Positions 1 to 10,638 are shown, numbered from the whole stretch's first letter. The stretch is DNA of 63,874 nucleotides, filler included, from Malassezia furfur (GCA_052055015.1; 5 parts of 5 records of this genome joined end to end with filler, not necessarily neighbours in it), one strand, 5' to 3'. Notes: generated by a model not told the origin, from the sequence alone. A program made the numbers and translations.

Positions 1-237
1 ACGCCAGGCGCGCCGGGCGCGCCGCCGTCGATCCGGCCTTCTGGCGCCCCAGGCGCGTCGCCGTCGATCCGGCCTTCTGGCGCGCCGGGCGCACCGTCGC
101 CTGTCCGGCCTTCTGGCGCGCCAAGCGCCTCGAGCGCTGCGCCCACGAGCGACAAGCCGGCCGCGGCCGACTCAGCGGCACCGTCGTCGGACGACGCGGG
201 CGACTCCAAGCTTCGCAAATGGTTTGGGTTCGGGTAA
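1..237 (+). CDS. 3' end of a Pro/Ala/Gly-rich protein (partial, begins upstream of window)
   Basis: Frame 1 is open to TAA at 235-237: TPGAPGAPPSIRPSGAPGASPSIRPSGAPGAPSPVRPSGAPS...KLRKWFGFG*. Confidence 0.6.
   Translation, partial: TPGAPGAPPSIRPSGAPGASPSIRPSGAPGAPSPVRPSGAPSASSAAPTSDKPAAADSAAPSSDDAGDSKLRKWFGFG
7..122 (+). repeat. 36-bp coding tandem repeat, ~3 copies (GAPGAxxSIRPS)
   Basis: ggcgcgccgggcgcgccgccgtcgatccggccttct-like unit recurs with period 36. Confidence 0.8.
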
Positions 238-307
238 CCGCCTCGCTATGTCATAGAAATGCTGCCCGCGTGTGCCGCCGGGGCACACACGGTTCCTAGG
301 CGCTCAT

Positions 308-1786
308 TTACGCACTGTCTTGATCCAAGGATCGCTGGCCGAGCCAGTACTGCACCATGCGGAACGACGCATCGGGCGCAAACGTCGGCACCATGTGCCC
401 GGCCTTGTGCACAATAAAGTAGGTCAGGTTGCGCTCCGACGTGTAGTACACGTCGTGGTCGCCCCCAGTGTCCAGCTTCCGCGTCGGCGCATGCTGGAAT
501 CCTTGCTGGCCGCCCCACGTCATGTTCTGCAGAGCGAGCGATGTGCCGTGGTACAGCACGACCATGTCGTACGTCCCGTGCTGCACCACCGTGCGCCGGC
601 TCTTCTCCACCACGCGCGCCAGCACGTCGGGGACGGGGTACTGGTCCTTGGCATTCTTCATCAGCTTGAACGGCTCCACCGTCGAGCACTGGATCCACGT
701 CCGGTTCTCGGGCGCATGGATGTACGTCTTGACGTGCGGCACATTGTTAAAGTAGTTGTCCGTATTGCTCTTTTCTGTGCTCATGTTCATGCCCAGCGCA
801 TCGGGATGGCACCGGTCGTTGAGGATGTAAAAGGGCGACACGCACGGGTTGTTCTCGCGTAGCATGCTCTCCACGTGTTTGTACGGCGAGAAGCTCGTGT
901 TGAGCTGCGCGGGGATCGGCAGCAAGCCCTGCGGGGGGTAGTGCAAATGGTCGCGCACATAGTGCCGCACACCATTCTGCTCGCCCATCTTTTCGAGCTC
1001 GGCCACCTGTGCATCGCTGAGGTTGAGCACCTTGGCGTGCATCAACGTCGTCTCAATGACACTGAGCTCTTTGGTCACCGCATTGGGCGCAAACAGGGGG
1101 TCATTGATGTTGACGCCTTGCAGCTGAATACCGAGTCGCTTGTTCTGCTCCTCGTGCCTGTACACTTCGTCGGCAAGGTACGGCACAAATTTCCCGCCAA
1201 AGCTCTCGCCACCGATCCACAGGCGCTTGCCTTGCACTTTGGGGAACGTCTCGTAAAAGTTGGTCAGGAACCCATAAAAGTCCTGAGCCACCTCGCGCAT
1301 CGACTGGTTCTTCGGCTCACCCAATGCAAATCCTGTGCCGGCCGGCTGGTCGAGCCACACCACATTCGCCAGCTTGGTCCAGGTCTGGTTCAACGGCTCC
1401 GCTTCAAAGGTCTCGTAGTCAAACTTCAACGGCCCGTTCTCACCCATCATGGAACTCAGCGAAGAACACCCGGGTCCTCCGTTCATCCAAAATAGGATAT
1501 CGTCTTCGCCCACACCCTCCGTCGCTGGGAACATCCAGAAATAGATGTGCCGCGACTCGCCCGAACGGTTGCTCACCGGAATGTTGCCGGCCCACGACGG
1601 CGGGATATCGAAGCTCGTATTCGGAAGCCGCATGCCCACCTCATATTGCGTATTTGAGCTAGAACCAAGCAAATCCCGCAGCTTGGTTACATTGTATGAT
1701 GCCGAAGCGGCTTGGCTCGCCCAAACCGACAACGGTAGGGCGATGAGGATGGCCGCCAAGGTCGACAGCGGCTTAGGTATCATCAT
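308..1786 (-). CDS. Secreted serine carboxypeptidase (peptidase S10), paralog 1
   Basis: Signal peptide, WMNGGPGCSS, DQPAGTGF, GESFGG nucleophile, GTYD Asp, AGHMVP His; first ATG at 1786; intronless. Confidence 0.93.
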   Translation of the reverse strand: MMIPKPLSTLAAILIALPLSVWASQAASASYNVTKLRDLLGSSSNTQYEVGMRLPNTSFDIPPSWAGNIPVSNRSGESRHIYFWMFPATEGVGEDDILFWMNGGPGCSSLSSMMGENGPLKFDYETFEAEPLNQTWTKLANVVWLDQPAGTGFALGEPKNQSMREVAQDFYGFLTNFYETFPKVQGKRLWIGGESFGGKFVPYLADEVYRHEEQNKRLGIQLQGVNINDPLFAPNAVTKELSVIETTLMHAKVLNLSDAQVAELEKMGEQNGVRHYVRDHLHYPPQGLLPIPAQLNTSFSPYKHVESMLRENNPCVSPFYILNDRCHPDALGMNMSTEKSNTDNYFNNVPHVKTYIHAPENRTWIQCSTVEPFKLMKNAKDQYPVPDVLARVVEKSRRTVVQHGTYDMVVLYHGTSLALQNMTWGGQQGFQHAPTRKLDTGGDHDVYYTSERNLTYFIVHKAGHMVPTFAPDASFRMVQYWLGQRSLDQDSA

Positions 1787-2416
1787 GATGGACGCATCCA
1801 AGGAGAAAAACAAGAATCAAACAGATCAAGGTCGACCTGTTTAAATAATGGACTCACGCGCAGGCAAGTTGGGCTCCAGGTATCGCATCCTTTGCCCTGT
1901 GTAGCCATGCCATGGCGATGCTTTTGCATGCACTCTGGCCCCGCACGGACCAGAGTTCGTTATGGTTTTTCGTAAGCTGGAAATCTGGGCCAATCACAGT
2001 TGGCAGCCTAATTTGATCGGCACACGATGGTCCACGTATCAATGCGCACGGACAGGGCCTGACGGAAAAAAAAGGTGCAGCATGCAGCTTGCACGCGCAC
2101 ATGCGGAGAGCAACACACTGGCTAATCTTGGTACGCGATGGGGTTGCATGCATTGCAAGCTATTAGAGATATAGCTTCGCGGAAACGGCCCTATGCAAAT
2201 GACGCATTTACGTGAGTTGAAATGAAAAAGCACGCTCAAAAGGCCTTCCTGTTTTGGTGCAGCCAGGCGCATGACCTAGCTTCAACCCCTAGTATGTGAT
2301 TCTTAGACCAAAAAAAATTACCTTTCATCATTCACAACGAGAACAGATGACTGAAACGCTGATTGACGTAGAAAAGTCTGTTGCTATGCTACGGACGGCG
2401 ATCCTTGCCGATGTAT

Positions 2417-3877
2417 TTAATCCTCGGTATGTCCCAGCCAATACTTGGCCATATGGAACGAAGCCTCTGGGGACGTTGTAGGGACCATATGACCTGCTTT
2501 GGGAACAACAAAGTAGGTCAGGTTTCGTTCCGAGACGTAGAACACGGTGACGCCGCCTTTCGAATGCAGTTTGTTGGAGGGCGGATTTGTGAATCCCTGC
2601 TGCCCATTCCATGTCATGTTCTGTAGTGCAAGAGCTGTCCCATGGTATAATACAACCATGTCGTACGTTCCATGTTGCACGACCGTATGCTTGCTTTTCT
2701 CCACTACCCGTGAAAGAACGTCGGGTACGGGGTATTGGTTACCAGCATATTTCATCACATGGAATGCTTCAGCAGTAGAACATTGCATCCATGTCTTGTT
2801 CAAAGGCGCATGAATATATTCTTTTACACCAGGCACATCGTTGAAGTAGTTGTGTGGGTTGCTCTCCTCCGTCGTCATATTCATACCAAGCGCATCAGGG
2901 CTGCAGCGCTTGTTGATAATGTAGAAGGGCGATGCACAGGGGTTATTCTCCTGAATGATGGCCTTCATATGATTGTAGGGCGAAAAGGTGAGGTTGAGCT
3001 CTTTAGGTATTTTTAGATGGCCTTTTGGCGGGTAGTGCAAATTGTCCCGTGTGAAATGTCGAACACCGTTCTGAATACCAATTTGCTCCAACTGTTGGAT
3101 TTGTGCATCAGAAAAGTTGAGCAGCTCGGCATGTTGAAGACCAAATTCAACAGCCGTAAGCTCCTTAGTGATAACATTGGGAGCAAAAAGTGGCTCATTG
3201 ATGTTGATGCCGTGTAAATCAATACGCAAAAGCTTGTTCTGTGCTTCATTTTGATAAATTTCGTCCGCCATAAATGGAATAAACTTTCCCGCAAAACTTT
3301 CTCCACCGATCCACAGGCGCTTTCCTTGCACCTTGGGGAACGTCCGGTAGAAATTCACCAGGAATCCATAAAAGTCTTGAGCCACCTCGCGCATGGATTG
3401 ATTTTTGGCCTCGCCTTCAGAAAAACCGACTCCCGACGGTTGATCAACCCATACCATGTTGGACAGTTTGGTCCAAGACTGGTCGACTGGTTCAGCTTCA
3501 AAGGTATCCGGGTTGAACCTGAGAGGTCCATTCTCACCCAACGTAGAGCTTAATGAGGAGCATCCAGGTCCTCCATTCATCCAAAACATGATATCGTCTT
3601 CGCCGCGGGTCTCGGTAGCGGGAAACATCCAAAAGTAAATGTGTCGCGACTCATCCGATCGGTTGCTTACAGGTAGATTGCCGGCCCATGACGGTGGAAT
3701 GTCAAAGCTGACGTTGGGAAGTCGCATCCCCACCTCGTACTTCACCGTAGAATCGGAACCAAGCAATCCTCTTAGCCTCGTGACATTGTAAGTTGCGCCT
3801 GATGTCTCCTTGCCGTCCAGTGCATAAACCGAAAAAAATGCTAGCCATGCTGCCAAGAGAAAACGTAGAAGTGTCAT
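2417..3877 (-). CDS. Secreted serine carboxypeptidase (peptidase S10), paralog 2
   Basis: Signal peptide, WMNGGPGCSS, GESFAG, GTYD, AGHMVP; collinear with and closely similar to paralog 1. Confidence 0.93.
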   Translation of the reverse strand: MTLLRFLLAAWLAFFSVYALDGKETSGATYNVTRLRGLLGSDSTVKYEVGMRLPNVSFDIPPSWAGNLPVSNRSDESRHIYFWMFPATETRGEDDIMFWMNGGPGCSSLSSTLGENGPLRFNPDTFEAEPVDQSWTKLSNMVWVDQPSGVGFSEGEAKNQSMREVAQDFYGFLVNFYRTFPKVQGKRLWIGGESFAGKFIPFMADEIYQNEAQNKLLRIDLHGININEPLFAPNVITKELTAVEFGLQHAELLNFSDAQIQQLEQIGIQNGVRHFTRDNLHYPPKGHLKIPKELNLTFSPYNHMKAIIQENNPCASPFYIINKRCSPDALGMNMTTEESNPHNYFNDVPGVKEYIHAPLNKTWMQCSTAEAFHVMKYAGNQYPVPDVLSRVVEKSKHTVVQHGTYDMVVLYHGTALALQNMTWNGQQGFTNPPSNKLHSKGGVTVFYVSERNLTYFVVPKAGHMVPTTSPEASFHMAKYWLGHTED

Positions 3878-4339
3878 TGCGGAATGGGATCCAGGGATGA
3901 CAGGAAACTATGTCCTTGATTTTTCCACTATTTAATAGCTATTTCCTGGCGGATGCAGGGCATTGCAGACTTGGACCTGACAATAGACTCTCTCGCCTTG
4001 CCACAGGTATGTCAGAATCCCCACAATACTTCATAAACAAACTCTGAGTTCTCCAGGGAGAAGATGAGCCAACCAGAATTAGCGTAGTGAGCAAATTGTA
4101 TTTGAATGTGGATGGGGTAGCCCGCAGTGCGGGAAAAACGCTGGCGGAGTTGAAACAACAAAAAAATTAGATTCGGCCAAACCGTTAGTCTGGGGTCACG
4201 ATCGATCGGTTTGGAGTCTTATTTCGCCCAACAGTTTAAGCCCCGCATGGACAAATCTTGTCTTACATGGTGCATAGACATGATCGGCCCAAATAAATCT
4301 TAAAAGGAGTACAACAATGTAACAACACGAGATAAAAAA

Positions 4340-5823
4340 CTACTGGTCAAAGTCGTCCTTGGTAATTTGACCAAGCAGGTACTGCTGCAGCTTGTAGGCC
4401 GTCTTGGGCTTGAACTGGGGAATCATGTGGCCAGAGCCATCAACCAGAACGAAGGTGAGACCACGCTCCTCGCCCATCACACCATGGGTCTTGCCATCAA
4501 ACTTGACAGGCGTGCTAGGCTTGTTGTTGAAGCCCATCGCACCATTCCACGTCATGTTTTGGATCGCCAGGGCCGAACCATTGGCAATAAGAACAAAGTC
4601 ATAGGTACCATGCTGGATCACAGTACGCTGGTTCTTCTCAATCACACCAGGGAGCACCGAGCGGTCAGGAGGAGTCGAGTAGTCTCCCTGGTACTTGGAC
4701 GCCTGGAACACGTTAGTGTCCGTGCACTCCACCCAAGCCGTAGACGTGTTGGCATGAATCGCCTCCTTCAGACCGGGCGTGTCATTAATGAAGTTCTTCT
4801 TGGACGCTTCCTGCGTGTTGAGCGGCATACCGAGCTGGTCCACCGTCAGAGAGCAGTCGGGCTTAATTTCGTAAATACTGAAGCACGGGTTGGTGCTGGC
4901 AAGCTCATAGATCGGCTCCCAGATAGAGTCCTCAGACAGGTTAAATTGCGAAGGGACGCTGATGTGACCCTTCGGCGGGTAGTTCAGGTTGTCCGCGACG
5001 TACGTCTCAACACCGAGCTTCTTCGCCTTCGCACGGACCTTCTCGACATCGCTGGCATTGACACCCATGACAGAATGGTACTTCTCGAAATATTCAAACG
5101 CAGGAGCCTCCTCACCCAGGAAATCCGAAGTGAAGGACGGGTCGTTGATCGCAATACCTTGCAGGTTAATGCCAGACGCATTGGTACCGTGGTTGTAAAT
5201 CTCGTGTGCGATGTAAGGAATGTACATCCCGGCGTAGCTCTCGCCAGTGATCCAAAGGCGCTTGCCCTGGAGTTCTTCGAATGTCGAGTAGAACTGCTGG
5301 AGGAAGCCGTAAAATTCGCGGGCCATGTCGTATTCGCCCCGGATGTCGGGAGTGCCCTCGGTGAAGCCAACGCCAACAGGGTTCTCAATGTACACGACGT
5401 AGGAGAGGTTGGTCCAAGAGTACGGGTTCTTCACAACCTTGTCCGTTTCGCCCATGGGAAGCTGAATCGGACCGTTCTCCTGGAAAAGACCCTCGAGCGA
5501 AGAGCAGCCGGGGCCACCGTTGAGCCAGATGACGACATCATCGTGACCAACGTCATTCTCAGGCTTCCACAACCAGAAGAAAAGCTTGCGGCTCTCGTCT
5601 TCGTTGCCGGAGATGGGGAGAGTACCTGCCCAAGAGTGGGGCAGCTTGAACGGCACGCCAGGTACGTCCTGCGAAACAAGAAACTCTGCACGGTTAGACA
5701 AACCAGGTACCAAGACATACCTTTCGCCTTTGCCGATGCAAAGGTTGCGTTGCTGGCACAGACCAGGCCCGAGAAAGAGGCCAAACTGGCCAGCAAGACA
5801 GCACCCAAATTGCTCACGCGCAT
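4340..5823 (-). CDS. Secreted serine carboxypeptidase (peptidase S10), paralog 3; 2 exons
   Basis: Exon 1 encodes a signal peptide (MRVSNLGAVLLASLA); 35-nt intron 5686-5720 (GTATGT..CTAAC..CAG); WLNGGPGCSS, GESYAG, SGHMIP. Confidence 0.92.
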
Positions 5824-5872
5824 ATTCGAGGGAATGTGGGTTAAGCGCCCGACATGGAAGGTGCCCCGCTTA

Positions 5873-5880
5873 TTTTTATA
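5873..5880 (-). promoter_or_regulatory. TATA box upstream of S10 paralog 3
   Basis: TATAAAAA on the minus strand 50 nt above the ATG; similar AT boxes at 1840-1847 and 3929-3937 lie at the same distance from paralogs 1 and 2. Confidence 0.55.
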
Positions 5881-6315
5881 ACGTTATTACTGACACATCA
5901 ACAGATAGCACGCGTGCGCTTGCCTATTCCGCTGGCCAGATATGGTTTCGGCCGAGAATGCTGAGTCTTCTGTCGAGGGAACATGTCCCATCTGGATGAT
6001 TGACAACTACCTCCGCCGCACTTTATCATACCCATGCTGACTAATCTACCGGAACCCTGAGCGGCCCAAATTGGTTGCTATGCACCGATGCAAACTGAGA
6101 TTTGCGACGTAATGTTGATAATTCTTGTGTAGTCTCAAACATGGATTGGCTAGATTTACCGTCAAGACCGATCACGGTATACGCGAGTTTATGGGACCGT
6201 TGCGGTAATTCCTAGGGGCAGAGAGCACATTGGGCACAGATGAATCGGATCTCTGTACGAACCTAGTCCTACAAAATACTCAGGTCAGAGTATTGTTGCT
6301 ACTCTATCCCGCATC

Positions 6316-7275
6316 ATGTTCGGGCCAGCCAGGTTTCTGACTATCTTGCTGCTTTGCGCCCAAGCGGCACTGGCTTCCATTGAGGTGCTCCAACCTGAAC
6401 AACACAAGGTTGCAGCCGAGACCAAGATCTTTGGAGCGGAGTCATCAACTGCACCTCCTCAAGATGTACCTGATACGCTGCACCACTACCAGCAGCTCGC
6501 TGTCATGGCACAGCAGGTTAACTGCAGGCACCCTCAGATTAATAAGACTTTTGGCGATGCGACGCTGCTGTTCAGCTGGGGCAACGATGACACTAACCAG
6601 CGCATGCACGTTTTCCACTCCAAGTCTATGGGTGTCACTTTTTCGTGGGCCGGCATGAATATTTCCAGCATCAACTCTGTTTTGAGCGCTGCTGACATCT
6701 TTTTCGAGGATGCAGACAAATCCTTGTACCCTTTTGCCGAGCCAGGGACGCAATTGTATTCCGGCTTCCAAGACGCGTACAAGCGCGTTGCCCCCATTGT
6801 GGAGAAGAAAGCCAAGGAGTACATGGAACGTTTCAATGATGACCGCGTTTCATTCACTGGCTTGTCCTTTGGCGCTGCGCTTGCCAGCCTGGCCTCTACG
6901 CATATGAGCCACGCGCTAACTAGAGGCAAAGTTCACAAAGCTGTTGTGTTTGGGCTTCCTCGCATCGGTAATCAAGCGTGGGCCAATACTGTGGACAAGG
7001 CGCTTAAGGGCACCTTTTACTATACTGTGAATGGCGCCGATCCTGTTTCTCGCCTGCCTCCGCGTGTGCTTGGATACCAGCAGCCTTCAGGTCAACTCTA
7101 TATCAAGCCAGCGAATTCGACTCAATGGAAGTTTTACCCTGGACAAGAAAATGTTTACGGATCGGATGCGGATGTGGGGCTCGACCTGCAAGACCACACT
7201 GGCATCTATTTCAGTGTGCCTGTTGGCGGTGTGTTCGGCCCATGCCCGGCTGAGATTCCGAGCGGTTTGAAGTAA
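6316..7275 (+). CDS. Secreted class 3 lipase, LIP1/SMG1-like mono/diacylglycerol lipase
   Basis: Signal peptide; G-x-S-x-G (GLSFG), FGLPRIGNQAWA, VNGADPV..LPP..LGYQQP, YPGQEN, DHTGIYF, C-terminal CPA, matching the SMG1-type layout. Confidence 0.88.
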   Translation: MFGPARFLTILLLCAQAALASIEVLQPEQHKVAAETKIFGAESSTAPPQDVPDTLHHYQQLAVMAQQVNCRHPQINKTFGDATLLFSWGNDDTNQRMHVFHSKSMGVTFSWAGMNISSINSVLSAADIFFEDADKSLYPFAEPGTQLYSGFQDAYKRVAPIVEKKAKEYMERFNDDRVSFTGLSFGAALASLASTHMSHALTRGKVHKAVVFGLPRIGNQAWANTVDKALKGTFYYTVNGADPVSRLPPRVLGYQQPSGQLYIKPANSTQWKFYPGQENVYGSDADVGLDLQDHTGIYFSVPVGGVFGPCPAEIPSGLK

Positions 7276-7698
7276 ATGATGTAAACATGTTACCAGAAAA
7301 TCCTATAATCTGAATCTAAATCTCATGGAGCCGGACATGCCAAGGAAACGGCATAATCGTTTCCCGCATCACGAATCTGATCCTTCGTCTTTGTAACTAT
7401 GATCACGAGCCATGCTATTGTTTTATTGGCTCAGTTGTTATTAATAGATGTGGGTCCGATCCGATTTTGGAGCAACACGGGCCACCTTTTTTTTTTTTGG
7501 TCCGGGCGCAAATCACAGTCAAGCGGCGCCGATCAGTGGCTCTTCACAGAAACAATTGCATTAGACAGTGGGGTAAATCAATACTGTATTGGGTATGCTA
7601 ATTTGAATAGGCTCGGTTTGCCGTATTTGGCTGGTTCCCTGTAGATCGTCGCGCTCCATAAATTTGGTGACGCCAGGTTGAAGACTTCCTCAATCAAC

Positions 7699-8652
7699 AT
7701 GCTGGGCTACTTGTCGGTCCTATTTGTGATTTCTCTGTACATCCAAGATGCTTTGGCATCTATTGACTTGCTCCAGCCTAAATCTAGGCAAATGCATCCC
7801 GAAACCAAAATTCCTGGCGCAATCTCATCGAATGCTCCCCCGCAGAATGTGCCGGATACGCTCGAGCATTATCAGCAGCTGGCATTCATGGCGCAACAAG
7901 TCAACTGCAAACCACCTCAATTCAACAAGACCTTTGGTGATGCAAAGCTGTTGTTCAGCTGGGGCAATGATGATACCAATCAACGCATGCACATTTTCCA
8001 CTCCAAGTCTATGGGTGTCACTTTCTCATGGGCCGGTATGAACCTCTCCAGCTTTAATTCTATTATCAGTGTTGCTGACTTTTCCTTGGAAAACGCCGAC
8101 AAGGCATTGTATCCGTTTGCTGAACCGGGCGCCAAAGTCTACTCCGGTTTCCAGGAGGCCTACAAACGTGTTGCGCCTCTCGTCGAAAAGAAGGCGCAAG
8201 AGTACATGACCAGATTCAATGACACCCGCTTTTCATTTACTGGGCTCTCGTTTGGCGCTGCATTGGCTAGCCTTGCTTCTACTCACATGAGCTATGCGCT
8301 CAGGCATGGCAAAATTCACAAAGCTGTTGTATTTGGTCTACCTCGTATTGGAAACCAGGCATGGGCCAACACCGTGGATAACGCGCTGAAAGGGACGTTC
8401 TATTACACAGTGAATGGTGCTGATCCTGCACCGCGGCTTCCTCCGCGTATCCTTGGTTACCAACAGCCCTCGGGACAATTGTACATTAAGCCTGCCAACT
8501 CCTCGCAATGGAAGTTTTACCCGAACCAGGAAAATATTCATGGCGCGGACAAAGATTGGGACTTCAACCTTCGCGACCACACCGGCATCTACTTTAATGT
8601 GCCTCTTGGTGGTTGGTTTGGTCCCTGCCCCACTAGAATCCCAAGCAACTGA
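7699..8652 (+). CDS. Secreted class 3 lipase, tandem paralog
   Basis: ATG at 7699, signal peptide, same motifs (GLSFG, NGADP, DHTGIYF); highly similar to 6316-7275. Confidence 0.88.
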   Translation: MLGYLSVLFVISLYIQDALASIDLLQPKSRQMHPETKIPGAISSNAPPQNVPDTLEHYQQLAFMAQQVNCKPPQFNKTFGDAKLLFSWGNDDTNQRMHIFHSKSMGVTFSWAGMNLSSFNSIISVADFSLENADKALYPFAEPGAKVYSGFQEAYKRVAPLVEKKAQEYMTRFNDTRFSFTGLSFGAALASLASTHMSYALRHGKIHKAVVFGLPRIGNQAWANTVDNALKGTFYYTVNGADPAPRLPPRILGYQQPSGQLYIKPANSSQWKFYPNQENIHGADKDWDFNLRDHTGIYFNVPLGGWFGPCPTRIPSN

Positions 8653-8703
8653 ATGTAAACCACTCTTGTACTCGTTTCCTCCGTGTTTCTTTCTCCATGT
8701 GCT

Positions 8704-9384
8704 CTAATTAGGTCGTAATTCAGCGAGTGTATGCTTCTGCTTCCCATCGGCGTTAAAATTGGCAGGATCCAGCCATTTCTCGAATGCCACACGGAGCTTT
8801 GGCCAATCCTCGTCAATGACGCTAAACCAGGCTGTATCACGATTGCACCCACGAATGATGTAGTGCTGTCGGAAAACCCCTTCGAAAGTAAATCCGTATC
8901 GAAGTGCTGCGCTCTTGGACTTCTCGTTTTGGTTGTTCGTTTTCCACTCCACACGACGGTAATGGAAATCGTCGAAACACATTTTCAGAATTAAGTAGAC
9001 GGACTCTGTGCCTGCACAGGTCCGCTGCATTTTTTGGCTGAATAGTAAATAGCCGATTTCTGCGACACGATGTTCCGGACGGATTGTCAAAACACCGTTC
9101 GTTCCGAGTATGGTCTGGTCTTCGTTGGATACAATCACGTAAATCTGTTCATCGTCCGAATCACGGAAACTTTTTAGCTGACTTTTCCATTCCTCTAGAG
9201 TGCAATAGGGACCGATCGGAAGATGCGACCACAAGTCGTTCTTGACTGGGTCCCCGACAGTTTCGTACAGGACTTCGTCATGCTTCTCCTCCAGGGGATA
9301 AAGTGTTATGTACCTCCCATGAATAGCCTCCAGACGCGGGAATGGGGATGGCGTTGCATCGACAGGAGTTCCTAGCTCTGACAT
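8704..9384 (-). CDS. GNAT N-acetyltransferase (RimJ/RimL-like), paralog 1
   Basis: AEIGY, YRRVEWK, N.KS..AALRYGFTFEGVFRQH, NRDTAWFS, WLDPANF..DGKQ; intronless. Confidence 0.9.
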   Translation of the reverse strand: MSELGTPVDATPSPFPRLEAIHGRYITLYPLEEKHDEVLYETVGDPVKNDLWSHLPIGPYCTLEEWKSQLKSFRDSDDEQIYVIVSNEDQTILGTNGVLTIRPEHRVAEIGYLLFSQKMQRTCAGTESVYLILKMCFDDFHYRRVEWKTNNQNEKSKSAALRYGFTFEGVFRQHYIIRGCNRDTAWFSVIDEDWPKLRVAFEKWLDPANFNADGKQKHTLAELRPN

Positions 9385-9957
9385 AATTGCGGTAAAAACT
9401 ATCCAGCATGTAGGTAGGTTTCCTTAAAAGAGCGTTGTTATCATTTTTAGAAACAAAAAAACGTAGTCCAGTTATACGAATCAAATGTTCAAACCTTACT
9501 GGATGATGCATTCGACCCCAGACAGCACATTAGGCAAGCAGCTCTCCTCCACTGTTCCCTAGCAACTTCGTATATGCAATTTATTTACTGCGTTCCTACA
9601 TTGTGTAGTTCCCTAGGTTTCGTCTATACGCCTCAGCGGGGGAAGATACCTGCAGCTATCGTGTTGTTGTGGTTTTCTGACTGTATGGTAAATTGGGCAT
9701 GGACCAACACAGCAGAATAGCGAGAAAAACCACATTCTATACCATTCTTACACTGCCCTTGCACTGCGGTATTTCCCCTTTATTGTCAAGTAATGGCCAC
9801 CGAAGATCACGACCAGGGTCACCATCTCAAGGTCATGTCTGGATCTGCTTCAACGTATAAAGTGATGACCAACTGGCTCCCCATCCCTTCGCGCTCTCGG
9901 CGAAGGAGACTGAACTCCGGTGCACTCTAGTTTCCATTCTTTCCTTTCCTATGTGCC

Positions 9958-10638
9958 CTAAATAGACCGCAAATCAGCCAGTGTCTGCTTCTGTTTCCCT
10001 TCTGCGTCAAAGTTGGAAGGATTGAGCCACTTTTCAAAAGCCGTACGAAGATTAGGCCAATCTTCGTCGATTATACTAAACCATGCCGTGTCACGATTGC
10101 GACCCCGAATAATATAATGTCGCCGAAATAGTCCTTCAAACGTAAACCCATACCGGAGTGCTGCGTTCTTGGACTTCTCGTTTAGATTGTTCGTCTTCCA
10201 TTCCACACGACGGTAATGGAAATCGTCGAGGCATGTTTTGAGTAGCAAGTATACAGACTCTGTGCCTGCACAGGTCTGTTGCATTTTCTGGCTAAAGAGC
10301 ACGTAACCAATCTCTGCAACGCGGTGTTCTGGACGAATTGCGATAATCCCGATCGAGCCGAGCACAGACTGGTCCTGGTTGGATACGATGACATAGATCT
10401 GCTGGTCGTTCGAGTCGCGGAACACTTTTTGTCGTTGTTTCCATTTCTCAAGCGAGGGATAAGGGCCTATCGGAATGTAGGTCCAGAGGTCGTTCTTGAC
10501 GGGATCCCCCACCGTTTCATACAAGATCTCGTCATGTTTCTCCTCCAGCGAATAAAGCGTGATGTAACGTCCGCGAATAGACTCGAGGCGAGGAAATGGC
10601 GACGGTGTCGCGTCAACAGGTGTCCCCACTTCCCGCAT
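9958..10638 (-). CDS. GNAT N-acetyltransferase (RimJ/RimL-like), paralog 2
   Basis: Same length (226 aa) and motifs as paralog 1. Confidence 0.9.
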   Translation of the reverse strand: MREVGTPVDATPSPFPRLESIRGRYITLYSLEEKHDEILYETVGDPVKNDLWTYIPIGPYPSLEKWKQRQKVFRDSNDQQIYVIVSNQDQSVLGSIGIIAIRPEHRVAEIGYVLFSQKMQQTCAGTESVYLLLKTCLDDFHYRRVEWKTNNLNEKSKNAALRYGFTFEGLFRRHYIIRGRNRDTAWFSIIDEDWPNLRTAFEKWLNPSNFDAEGKQKQTLADLRSI

